A stretch of DNA of 64,000 nt, taken from contig JBBIML010000007.1 of NCBI GenBank assembly GCA_037444405.1, positions 96,001 to 160,000 on the forward strand, given 5' to 3'. A program made the position numbers and the translations under genes. Within the stretch, counting starts at the first letter, position 1, and every line of letters starts with the position of its first letter. This DNA is from Armatimonadota bacterium (GTDB taxonomy: Bacteria > Armatimonadota > Fimbriimonadia > Fimbriimonadales > GBS-DC). The notes beneath the pieces are model-generated. The model had not been told where the DNA came from. It saw nothing but the letters and a program-made list of their open reading frames with translations, and ran no database searches. Below, one piece after another: positions 18,791 through 28,011 of the stretch.

Positions 18791-19691
18791 ACCGCCGCCA
18801 GGTGAAGCTGGTGCTGTTGCGTGGCTGGGCGGTGGCGACGGGCGCGCTCTGCGCCAGCTTCGTCAGATAGCCTTTCAGATCTTCCAGGCGGCGCACCTCG
18901 ACAATCGCGAGGTACTGCACGCCCTGATTGAAGCGCACGCCGCTGACCCGATTGCGCCGACACAGCTTGGAGAGCTTGCCCGCGATAATCCAGTCGGCGG
19001 AGTCGTTGGTCAGCTCATCGGTGAGCATCGGTCCAATCCGCCGAATCCATGTGTCGACGGGCTGCAGGTAGTGGTAGTCGGCAGGGTCAACGCGCGTCTC
19101 CAGCTCGTAGAGCGCGACCATATCACGCAGCAGCAGCGAGCCGACCTTGGGTCCCATCCCGCGGATGTCGGTAATCTTCTGGTAGATGGGTTCGACGCGC
19201 CCGCTGCGCACAATCGCCTGATGGATGTGCGTCCAGATGTTGCCGATCTCGTCTTCCTGATAGATCTGGGTGGCGAACTCTGCCAGCCCTTCAATCAGCC
19301 CGCGATTGAGCTGCTCGTTGATTTTGCGCTGGTTCTCCTGGCAGATTTGCACGAACGCTTCCCACAGTTGCTGGGGCGCGGTGCCCGAAGCGAGCAGCGC
19401 GCTGAAGTTCTCTTTCTTGCCCTTCAGGGCGCGCTCCAGAGCGGAGAGGGCGAACGCGGAGTATTCGGCGCGGTCGTTGCCCCGCTTCGCGAAGGCGTAA
19501 TAGCCCAGCATCGCACGGAAGGCATAGTACGGGTCTGCCAGCGCCTCGCGCACCTCCTGCGGGCTGTTGCCATGAACGCGCATCGTGCGCGCCAGCTGCG
19601 GATACAGCACCTCCTTCTGGAAGCGCTCCGCCTTCTCGCCTGCCAGCCGGTTCAGAATCGCATTCACCTCGTACGGTGTGAAAGTGACCAT
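18789..19691 (-). CDS. Hypothetical protein with HhH-GPD DNA-glycosylase-like motifs
   Basis: 'ITDIRGMGPKVGSLLLRD' (HhH) and 'QPVDTWIRRI'; RBS GAGGAGG. Confidence 0.6.
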   Translation of the reverse strand: MVTFTPYEVNAILNRLAGEKAERFQKEVLYPQLARTMRVHGNSPQEVREALADPYYAFRAMLGYYAFAKRGNDRAEYSAFALSALERALKGKKENFSALLASGTAPQQLWEAFVQICQENQRKINEQLNRGLIEGLAEFATQIYQEDEIGNIWTHIHQAIVRSGRVEPIYQKITDIRGMGPKVGSLLLRDMVALYELETRVDPADYHYLQPVDTWIRRIGPMLTDELTNDSADWIIAGKLSKLCRRNRVSGVRFNQGVQYLAIVEVRRLEDLKGYLTKLAQSAPVATAQPRNSTSFTWRR

Positions 19692-19823
19692 CGTTTTATA
19701 AACCTCCTCGCACGGTCATGCCCGCTACAGGGAGCATCGAAACGGCGCTTCGCTGCATATTTAGACGGCATCCGGCTCTACGAAGTTGCTTTCGAAGTCC
19801 CTCGCGCGGGCTTCCATACTTAA

Positions 19824-20975
19824 TTATACGGAATCGCGCTCGAAAAATTCACCCGTCGCGTTGAGGAGCAGGCGGGGCGGTCGCTCGCCTAATCGGGCGA
19901 CGATTTCGTGCGGGGTGGTCTGCAGAATCTGCGCCAGTTCCTCCACGCGGATGCGTTCGTTGCCGTCGGCGCCAATCAGGGTCGCCACTTCGCCCGGTTG
20001 CACTTCGGGCAGCTCCGAGACATCGATCATCATCATGTCCATGCAGATGCGACCGATCTGAGGTACACGCCGTCCGTGCAGGATGACCTCGCTCCGCCCG
20101 CTGAGCGCGATGGGGTAGCCGTCGGCATAGCCGACGCCGAGCGTGGCGACGCGCGTGGGGCGCTGGGCGCGGAACCGCCAGCCGTAGCTCACGCCCTGCC
20201 CCGCGGGTATCGTGCGTACCGACAGCACACGCGCCCGCCAGCCCAGCACCGGCTCCAGCCCCAGCTCGGGCGGCGCGCTGATGAGCGGCATGATGCCGTA
20301 CAGCAACAGCCCGCATCGCACCGCATGCAGGCGACTTTCGGGCAGGGTTAATAGTCCCGCGCTGGCAGCTGCATGCAGGGGCACATCGGGAAAGCCCGCC
20401 TGCCGCAGACCCTCCACTGCCGTCAGAAACTGTTGCAGCTGCCCGCGTGTGGCGTCCTCGTCCCGATCGGCGCAGGCGAAGTGGGTGAAGACGCTCCGCC
20501 AGCGGATGGGATGCTCCACCTGCCAGCGTTGCAGCAGCGCGGGCAGTTCCCCTGGTTGCCAGCCCAGTCGGCTCAATCCCGTGTCGATCTCCAGATGGGC
20601 GTCGATGGGCGCGCCGGCGCGCTCCGCCTGCATCAGCGCCTGCTGATAGCCTCCTTCGCCCTCCACCACCACCTCCAGCCGATAATGCTGGGCGGCTGAC
20701 CACTCCTCGCCGCTGATGGGCGGGCAGAGCGCCATAATCGGTGCGGTGATGCCCGCCTCTCTCAGCTCGACGCCTTCAGCGATGGTGGCAACAATCATGC
20801 GCGCGATGCCCGCCTGCTGAAGGGCACGCGCAATCGGCACGGCGCCGTGCCCGTAGGCGTTGGTTTTCACCACTGCCCACAGCGCACACCGCTCGCCTAT
20901 CAGCGTCTGAACGCGCCGCGCGTTCCGTCGCAGGGCGTTCAGGTCAATCTCGAACCAGTTCGTTGCGTTTATCAT
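19824..20975 (-). CDS. alr: Alanine racemase
   Basis: 'AVVKTNAYGHG', 'IDTGLSRLG', 'THFACAD', 'VSYG', 'GYADG', 'GRICMD'; start ATG 20975. Confidence 0.95.
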   Translation of the reverse strand: MINATNWFEIDLNALRRNARRVQTLIGERCALWAVVKTNAYGHGAVPIARALQQAGIARMIVATIAEGVELREAGITAPIMALCPPISGEEWSAAQHYRLEVVVEGEGGYQQALMQAERAGAPIDAHLEIDTGLSRLGWQPGELPALLQRWQVEHPIRWRSVFTHFACADRDEDATRGQLQQFLTAVEGLRQAGFPDVPLHAAASAGLLTLPESRLHAVRCGLLLYGIMPLISAPPELGLEPVLGWRARVLSVRTIPAGQGVSYGWRFRAQRPTRVATLGVGYADGYPIALSGRSEVILHGRRVPQIGRICMDMMMIDVSELPEVQPGEVATLIGADGNERIRVEELAQILQTTPHEIVARLGERPPRLLLNATGEFFERDSV

Positions 20976-20985
20976 TTTTCTCTCC

Positions 20986-22530
20986 TCACCCGCCGAGCCG
21001 CCAGCGACCAAGCTGCTCCCACACATTGATGACGCGCCGGTCCTGATCGGGTGTTCCACCCAGCCTGCTGGGGGTTGCGACGCGGCTGCGGGGCAGGGCA
21101 GCAAGCGTCGCCAGCCCGACCAGCACCACGTCGGGCACATCGGCAGGTGGGGTCAGCAGTTCGGTGTGCTGGCGCAAAAAGCCCGTGTGCAGTTCGCCCG
21201 CCTGAAACGCGGGATGGCGTAATATCTCGATAAGCAGTTCCAGGTTCGTGCGCACGCCCAGCACGAGAGCCTGCTGGAGCGCGTTCAGCAATCGTTGCCG
21301 TGCCTGCTCCCGATCGGCGCCCCACGCGATAATCTTCGCCAGCATCGGGTCATAGTGGTGCGTGATGACGCTGCCGCGCTCCACGCCCGAATCGATGCGC
21401 ACGCCGGGCAGGTTCGGCATCTGCCACACGCTCAGCGTGCCCAGCGAGGGCGCAAACTCGTTCGCGGGGTCTTCCGCATAGAGGCGCGCCTCGATCGCGT
21501 GCCCGCGCCCTTCAATATCGCCCTGATTGAACGGCAGCCGCTCGCCCATCGCTATCCGCAACTGCCAGTGAACCAGGTCCAGCCCCGTCACCATCTCCGT
21601 GACGGGATGCTCCACCTGCAGGCGCGTGTTGACCTCCAGAAAGTAGAATCGGGCGCCGTCGGGCGTCTCTTCAAAGAGAAACTCGACCGTGCCCGCGTTC
21701 ACATAGCCCACTGCCTGCGCGATTCGCACGGCGGCGTCGGTGATGGCGGCGCGCGTGGCTGGATCGAGGGCGGGCGACGGGCTTTCCTCGATAATTTTTT
21801 GATAGCGGCGCTGGATGGAGCATTCGCGTTCGAACAGGTGCAACACCTTGCCGTGTTGGTCCGCCAGAATCTGCACTTCGATGTGGCGCGGGCGCGGGAG
21901 GTAGCGTTCGAGCATCAGGCGCGGGTCGCCGAACGCGCCCTGCGCTTCGCGTGCCGCGCTTTCCGCCGCGAGCAAAAACTCCGATTCGTCGTTCACAATG
22001 CGCATGCCCTTGCCGCCGCCGCCTGCAACCGCTTTCAGCAGCAGCGGGAAGCCGACCGCGCGCGCATGGGTCAGCAGCGCTTCAGGCGTGAGCGGCGCTT
22101 GCGGGATGAAGCCCGGCACCAGCGGTACGCCTGCGCGCTCCGCCAATCGCTTCGCCTCGCCCTTGTCGCCCAGCAGGCGAATGACCGACGCGGGCGGTCC
22201 GATAAAGGTAATCCCTGCCTGCTCGCACGCCTGCGCAAAATCGGGGTTCTCCGACAGGAAGCCGTAGCCGGGATGAATGGCGTCCGCGCCCGCCTGCTGC
22301 GCAATCGTCAGAATCTTATCGATGGCGAGGTAGCTTTCGCTAACAGGCGCGTCGCCCAGCAGGTACGCTTCATCCGCTTCCTGCACGAACGGCGCGAACC
22401 GGTCTGCTTCTGAATAGACGGCGACGGTGCGCAGCCCCAGTTCACGGCAGGCGGTGATCACCCGTCGGGCAATCTCGCCCCGATTGGCGATCAACACCTT
22501 GCGGAAGGCTTTTTTAGCGGAACGGGTCAT
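20986..22530 (-). CDS. Biotin carboxylase subunit of an acyl-CoA carboxylase
   Basis: 'KVLIANRGEIA', 'HPGYGFLSEN', 'GGGGKGMR', 'ECSIQRR', 'FLEVNTRLQVEHPVTE', 'YDPMLAK'. Confidence 0.93.
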   Translation of the reverse strand: MTRSAKKAFRKVLIANRGEIARRVITACRELGLRTVAVYSEADRFAPFVQEADEAYLLGDAPVSESYLAIDKILTIAQQAGADAIHPGYGFLSENPDFAQACEQAGITFIGPPASVIRLLGDKGEAKRLAERAGVPLVPGFIPQAPLTPEALLTHARAVGFPLLLKAVAGGGGKGMRIVNDESEFLLAAESAAREAQGAFGDPRLMLERYLPRPRHIEVQILADQHGKVLHLFERECSIQRRYQKIIEESPSPALDPATRAAITDAAVRIAQAVGYVNAGTVEFLFEETPDGARFYFLEVNTRLQVEHPVTEMVTGLDLVHWQLRIAMGERLPFNQGDIEGRGHAIEARLYAEDPANEFAPSLGTLSVWQMPNLPGVRIDSGVERGSVITHHYDPMLAKIIAWGADREQARQRLLNALQQALVLGVRTNLELLIEILRHPAFQAGELHTGFLRQHTELLTPPADVPDVVLVGLATLAALPRSRVATPSRLGGTPDQDRRVINVWEQLGRWRLGG

Positions 22531-24583
22531 CTTCGTCCAGTTCGTCAGACCAGTCGGCGCCGTCGGAGAGGTCGGCGAGCAGGTCGCCTGTGGCGGGCGG
22601 CGGCGGCAGGTCGTCGGGGATGGTGCGCACGGTCGGGCGCTGCGGGATCAGCCGCTCGAATCGGCTCAACACCTCGCCCGCAGGCGGTCGCTCAACCCGC
22701 ACCCGATTGAGCGCGTCCACCACCGCCTGATGGTTCGGCTTGCCATCGATATCGCATGTGCGGGCGATGATGTCGGCGACGGCATTGCGCGTGATAGCAG
22801 GGTCCAGCTCCTGCAGGCTGCGCCAGACCGCATCCTCCAGTGGCAGATCGGGTTCAGGCTGATAGCGCTGCAGTCCGTCCTGACCGCGCATCAGCGCGGG
22901 GCGCGGGAATCGCACAAAGATGGGCTGCGTGAAGTAGGGATGGCGCACCAGCACCTCGCCGGGCGAGAGCGCGCCCATCTTCTCCTTCACCGCAGGGCTG
23001 AAAATCTGATAGCCGGGCTGCGCCATCTCCTCCATCTCGATGCGCCCGTAGAGTGAGGTGGAGGCGTTGCCGATAATCTGCTTGTCCACCTGCGAGCGGA
23101 ACTGTTGCGCCCCGAACAGCACCAGCCCTAAGTAGCGCCCGCGCGCACAGATGTCGCGTAGCGTGCGCATCACATAGGTCTCGCTTGCATTCACTGGCGC
23201 ATAGCGATTCAACTCATCCACAATCACGATCACTGTCTCCACGCCGAGCTGCCGCCGCTCCATGCGCTCGCGCAGCTCGGCAATCACGCGCGTGAAGATC
23301 AAATCCTGCGCCTCCGCCGACAGGTTCGCCACATCGATCACATAGAGCGTGCGATCCTGGAACTGACCCCAGGGCAGGTCATACACCACATCGCTTTCGG
23401 CGACCAGCCCCGCGAAGCGCGTGGTCAGATTCACAAGGCGGTTCTGAAGCTTGCGAATGGTCTCCAGCGCGAAGCTGCGCCAGGCGCGCTTGTTCGTGCG
23501 TTCCATGTAGCATAGCACCTGATCGAACCAGCGCACCAGCTCGGTGAAGTTTGTTACACGCAGTTCGATGGGCAGCTCCATCTCGCGCATAAAGGCGGCT
23601 TCCTCTTCATCGAATCGGAATCGTCCTGGTTCGATGACGCGCTGGCGCAGAAACTGCAGAAAGGCGTCGGCTTTCACATCCACATCGTCGCGATTGAGCA
23701 GCACCTCCACATAGCGCATGACCTCCTGCAAGCCCCAGCAGAGCGGCTTAACCGTGCCGCGCAGACCGGGATTCGTGCGCAAGGTGGCGAGATTCACGCG
23801 GTCGGGCTTGAACGGCGCGTAGTACTCCACGCGCGGGAACGGCTTCGGCTCGACCCCCAGCAGCCGATAAATCTCAAGGTCTTCCTCGCTCAGTTGATGG
23901 ACGGGCGACTGATCCACAAAGAGCAGGTCGCCCCCTTTGACATTGAAACAGACCGCTGCGACGGAGCGCTGCACCTTCTGGAAAATCGCCGACACCAGGA
24001 ACTGAATGGCGCTCGTTTTGGCAGCCAGCCCGCTTGTGCCCGTTACATTCAAGTGCCCCGCTTCAGGACCCAGCAGGAAGTCGGCGTCCAGATAGACAGG
24101 CGCCTTGAGATTGCCGCTCTGATAGATGCCGATGGGGATTCGTCGCTCTTCGGGGATGGCGTCGATTCGCAGGGCAATCAGCACATCCTGCTCGGTTGCC
24201 AGGTAGACGGGTCCGATGGGCACGGGCTGGATGGGCTGTTCGGGTTCGTGGCGCAGCACGGCGGCGGTGTAGACGCGGATTTCGGGGCGCGTGGTGGGTG
24301 CGATTGCCTGCGGGTCGCCATCCGCGCCTAAATAGTCGAACATCGGGCTGGCGACATCGTTATAGCCCAGCCCCTCCACCACCACGCCCCACACGGTGCG
24401 CTGGGGCGTATGCACCACCACCAGCGTGCCGATACCAACGGGGCTATCGGGTGTCGCCCAGAAGTGGAACTGGAACGCCGTGTTCGGCTGACGCTCCGTC
24501 GCCACCACACGCCCGATCAGCTGGCGCTCCTGCCGATAGTGCCCATTGCCCACCTGCTGCCACTCTCCATAGAGGTCGGTCAT
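22514..24583 (-). CDS. HerA/FtsK-like ATPase with N-terminal HAS-barrel-like domain
   Basis: 'HLNVTGTSGLAAKTS' (variant Walker A), 'FNVKG', 'IVDELNRY', 'RGRYLGLVLFGAQQ'. Confidence 0.85.
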   Translation of the reverse strand: MTDLYGEWQQVGNGHYRQERQLIGRVVATERQPNTAFQFHFWATPDSPVGIGTLVVVHTPQRTVWGVVVEGLGYNDVASPMFDYLGADGDPQAIAPTTRPEIRVYTAAVLRHEPEQPIQPVPIGPVYLATEQDVLIALRIDAIPEERRIPIGIYQSGNLKAPVYLDADFLLGPEAGHLNVTGTSGLAAKTSAIQFLVSAIFQKVQRSVAAVCFNVKGGDLLFVDQSPVHQLSEEDLEIYRLLGVEPKPFPRVEYYAPFKPDRVNLATLRTNPGLRGTVKPLCWGLQEVMRYVEVLLNRDDVDVKADAFLQFLRQRVIEPGRFRFDEEEAAFMREMELPIELRVTNFTELVRWFDQVLCYMERTNKRAWRSFALETIRKLQNRLVNLTTRFAGLVAESDVVYDLPWGQFQDRTLYVIDVANLSAEAQDLIFTRVIAELRERMERRQLGVETVIVIVDELNRYAPVNASETYVMRTLRDICARGRYLGLVLFGAQQFRSQVDKQIIGNASTSLYGRIEMEEMAQPGYQIFSPAVKEKMGALSPGEVLVRHPYFTQPIFVRFPRPALMRGQDGLQRYQPEPDLPLEDAVWRSLQELDPAITRNAVADIIARTCDIDGKPNHQAVVDALNRVRVERPPAGEVLSRFERLIPQRPTVRTIPDDLPPPPATGDLLADLSDGADWSDELDEDDPFR

Positions 24584-24727
24584 CAACTTACCCCCTGTAT
24601 GTGCCACCTATTATACCTGATGAACCCCCCAAATCGCAAGGGAAGCTGGAAAGTTTGTAGCCTACCTCTGAGGGATTGAAACAAAAGATCATATCCATGT
24701 ACGCCTTAAACGGTGTGAATAAGGAGG

Positions 24728-25261
24728 ATGCAAATGGCACAGATTGTGCGTGTGGAAGTGATTACCTATCGGGACAAGCAAACCCAGCAATACCTCGGCT
24801 TAGACCAGCTGGGACGCACACCGACACTTCCTGAGCGTTTCCCCATCCGCCATATCGACACGGAAGTCTACCCCAACGCCCTGATAGGAGCTATCACGCT
24901 GCACAGCCGTCGCCCTGAGCGTGTCCAGATAGAAACCCTCTGGGAGTACGGGCTGATGCCCGAGCGCACGATGAGCAGTCTTGCCAAAGTGATCAAACGC
25001 CTGCAGACCACCCACTGGGAGATTATCCCAGAATGGCGTACGATAGAGATCCCTCTGAGCGTCTCATCTGGAAAGTCGGTAAAATCTGCTCTGTCGCACG
25101 GTAAGGGCGTGGTTGCCACGCCCGTACACTATGCCTTATACACTATGCTTTATGGATGCAGTGTCCGGCGGCGTCGTGGAAGGCTTCCATCAGCGATTCC
25201 ACCAGTGTCGGGTGCGGATGGATGGTGTCCACCAGCTCATCGAGGGTCGCCTCCAGCTTGA
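24728..25261 (+). CDS. Hypothetical protein, 3' end possibly disrupted
   Basis: Strong RBS (TAAGGAGG); the ORF runs through a REP at 25101 and overlaps the lpd 3' end. Confidence 0.5.
   Translation: MQMAQIVRVEVITYRDKQTQQYLGLDQLGRTPTLPERFPIRHIDTEVYPNALIGAITLHSRRPERVQIETLWEYGLMPERTMSSLAKVIKRLQTTHWEIIPEWRTIEIPLSVSSGKSVKSALSHGKGVVATPVHYALYTMLYGCSVRRRRGRLPSAIPPVSGADGWCPPAHRGSPPA
25101..25127. repeat. GTAG-type REP-like palindrome
   Basis: GTAAGGGCGTGG-ttg-CCACGCCCGTAC. Confidence 0.75.
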
Positions 25262-26561
25262 TGGCAAGCACCGCCTCCTGCAGCAGGTCGCTCCCATGCT
25301 CGCAGCAGAGATGCACACCGAGTATCTGCCCGTATCGAGCGTCGGCGACCACCTTCACCAGCCCTTCACGGATGCCCGCCGCCATTGCACGTCCCAAGAT
25401 TCGCGGCGGGAACCTGCCGATTCGCACCTCGTAGCCCTGCTCGCGCGCCTGCTGTTCGGTCAGCCCGACGCCCGCCACCTCCGGCACGGTGTAGACCACA
25501 TTCGGGATGGCGCGATGGTCCATTCGTCGCTCCGCCCCGAAGCAGTTCTCCGCCGCCACAATCCCCTGCATGCTGGCGACATGCGCCAGTGGCGCAATCC
25601 CCGTCAGGTCGCCAATCGCGTAGATGTTCGGGATGTTCGTGCGCATGTATTCATCGACGGCGACCCAGCGCTTGTTCATCTGGATGCCGACGGTTTCCAG
25701 CCCGATGCCCTCCACATTCGGCTTGCGTCCGACGCCGATCAGCACCACCTGCACCTCGATGCTCTGCTCGCCTTTGGGCGTTTCCACATGGCAGAGCCAG
25801 CGGTCGCCCTTGCGCTCCGCCGATTTGAGCGTACTGTTCAGGATGAACTGGATGCCCTGACGACTCAGCGCGCGCTCGGCTTCTTTAGCAACCTCTTCGT
25901 CGAAGGTGGGCAGTATCTGGGGCATAATCTCCACGACGGTGACTTTCGAGCCGAGCGCGTTGAACACATAGGCGAACTCCACGCCGACCGCGCCCGCGCC
26001 CAGAATCAGCATGCTGTCGGGCACGAAGGGTGCGTTCACGGCGTCATCGCTCGTCCACACATTCTCGCCTTCCAGCCCCGGAATGTTGAGCTTCATCACG
26101 CTGGAGCCAGTGGCGAGGATGATATTTTTCGCGCGCAGGGTCTGACGGCTGCCATCGGCGCGGGTAATCTCCAGCGTGTTCGCGTCCAGCAGTTTGCCTG
26201 TGCCCTCTATCGATTGCACGCCGTTCTTTTTGAAAAGCGTGGCGATGCCGTTGCGCAGGGTCTGCACGATTTTGTCTTTGCGCGCCTGCATCTGGGCGAA
26301 GTCGTAGCGAATGGTGCCCTCAATCTGGATGCCCATCTCGCTGGCGTGCAGCACATGCTGGTAGCGTTCGGCGTGCGCGATCATCGCCTTGCTGGGGATA
26401 CAGCCCCAGTTAAGGCATGTGCCGCCGAGAAACTCGCGCTCGATGCAGGCGACTGCGCCGCCGCGCTCTTTCGCTATCTGTGCTGCGCGGATCGCCGCCA
26501 CATAGCCGCCCGGACCCGCGCCCAGAACCGCCACATCCACATCGTAGGTTTGCGTTGCCAT
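25143..26561 (-). CDS. lpdA: Dihydrolipoyl dehydrogenase
   Basis: 'GAGPGGYVAAI', 'GGTCLNWGCIPSK', 'HPHPTLVE'; start ATG 26561 with RBS GGAGG. Confidence 0.95.
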   Translation of the reverse strand: MATQTYDVDVAVLGAGPGGYVAAIRAAQIAKERGGAVACIEREFLGGTCLNWGCIPSKAMIAHAERYQHVLHASEMGIQIEGTIRYDFAQMQARKDKIVQTLRNGIATLFKKNGVQSIEGTGKLLDANTLEITRADGSRQTLRAKNIILATGSSVMKLNIPGLEGENVWTSDDAVNAPFVPDSMLILGAGAVGVEFAYVFNALGSKVTVVEIMPQILPTFDEEVAKEAERALSRQGIQFILNSTLKSAERKGDRWLCHVETPKGEQSIEVQVVLIGVGRKPNVEGIGLETVGIQMNKRWVAVDEYMRTNIPNIYAIGDLTGIAPLAHVASMQGIVAAENCFGAERRMDHRAIPNVVYTVPEVAGVGLTEQQAREQGYEVRIGRFPPRILGRAMAAGIREGLVKVVADARYGQILGVHLCCEHGSDLLQEAVLAIKLEATLDELVDTIHPHPTLVESLMEAFHDAAGHCIHKA

Positions 26562-26665
26562 CAGTGTCCTCCGTCCTGCCTGTGTTAGCCTGTCGGGAAT
26601 TGTACCCGATAGGGCGCCCATCAGGTAAACTTCTGACGCTGCCGATAATAGGAAAGGGCTGAACG

Positions 26666-27994
26666 ATGCGAATCGCGATTGCTGGTGCGGGCTATGTGGG
26701 GCTGGTTACGGGCGCGGTGTTCGCCGACCTGGGGAACGAGGTCATCTGCGTCGATGTGGACGCCCGCAAGGTGGAACTGATCCGCAAAGGTATACCGCCT
26801 ATCTACGAGCCGGGTCTGGAGGAGCTGCTCCAGCGCAATCTGGAAGAGGAGCGGCTCACGGCGACCACCGATCTGGAATCGGCGGTGCGCGAGTCGGAGA
26901 TTATCTTTATCACGGTGGGCACGCCGCCCCGCGAAGACGGCGAACCCGACCTGTGCCATGTGATCGAGGTGGCGCAGACCATCGGGCGTGCCCTCAACGG
27001 CTACAAGATTATCGTGAACAAGTCCACCGTGCCCGTCGGTACTGGCGACCTGGTGCGCCGCATGATTGAAGCTTATCGCGTGGAGCCGCACGAGTTCGAT
27101 GTGGTCTCCAATCCCGAATTTTTGCGCGAAGGCTCCGCCGTCCACGACACGCTCTACCCCGACCGTATCGTGATTGGCGCGGACAACCCGCGCGCGGCGA
27201 TGAAGATTGTGGAGCTGTACGCGCCGCTGGAGCGCCCGATGCTTATCACCAATCTGGCGACCGCCGAGATTATCAAATACGCCTCCAACACCTTCCTCGC
27301 GCTCAAAATCTCCTTTATTAATGCGATTGCCGATCTGTGCGAGCGTACGGGCGCGGATGTGGTGCAGGTGGCGAAGGCGATGGGCGCCGATTCGCGGATC
27401 GGGCACGCCTTTTTGCAGGCGGGGCTGGGCTTCGGCGGCTCCTGCTTCCCCAAAGATGTGCAGGCGTTCGCCCACACCATGAAGCGCTACGGGCTGGACG
27501 CCACCCTGTTCGAGACCGTACTGACCATCAACGAGCAGCGCCCGGTGCAGTTCGTGGCGCGGATACGCGAGCGACTGGGCACACTGCAGGGGCGCGTGAT
27601 CGGACTGCTGGGGCTGGCGTTCAAGCCCAACACCGACGACATCCGCGAGGCGCGCTCGCTGGAGATTATCCGACTCCTGCTGCAGGAAGGCGCGACCATC
27701 AAGGCGTACGACCCCGCCGCGATGCCCCGAGTGCAGGCGATTTATCCCCAGATCACCTACTGCCGCAACGCCTACGAGGTTGCCGAAGGCGCTGACGCCC
27801 TCGCGCTGGTCACCGAGTGGAACGAGTTCAAACAGCTCAATATGGAGCGCATCCGCTCGCTGATGCGTGCGCCCAATCTGTTCGACGGGCGCAATCTCTA
27901 TGACCCGTGCCGCATGCAGAAGCTGGGCTTCTTCTACTATGGCGTCGGGCGCGGCGCGGATAACAGCACGCATGAACCTGACGCCTTTGCATAA
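26666..27994 (+). CDS. ugd: UDP-glucose 6-dehydrogenase
   Basis: 'GAGYVG', 'NKSTVPVGT', 'SNPEFLREG', 'GFGGSCFPKD', 'FKPNTDDIRE'. Confidence 0.95.
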   Translation: MRIAIAGAGYVGLVTGAVFADLGNEVICVDVDARKVELIRKGIPPIYEPGLEELLQRNLEEERLTATTDLESAVRESEIIFITVGTPPREDGEPDLCHVIEVAQTIGRALNGYKIIVNKSTVPVGTGDLVRRMIEAYRVEPHEFDVVSNPEFLREGSAVHDTLYPDRIVIGADNPRAAMKIVELYAPLERPMLITNLATAEIIKYASNTFLALKISFINAIADLCERTGADVVQVAKAMGADSRIGHAFLQAGLGFGGSCFPKDVQAFAHTMKRYGLDATLFETVLTINEQRPVQFVARIRERLGTLQGRVIGLLGLAFKPNTDDIREARSLEIIRLLLQEGATIKAYDPAAMPRVQAIYPQITYCRNAYEVAEGADALALVTEWNEFKQLNMERIRSLMRAPNLFDGRNLYDPCRMQKLGFFYYGVGRGADNSTHEPDAFA

Positions 27995-28011
27995 GGTACA
28001 ATCGCCATGCT

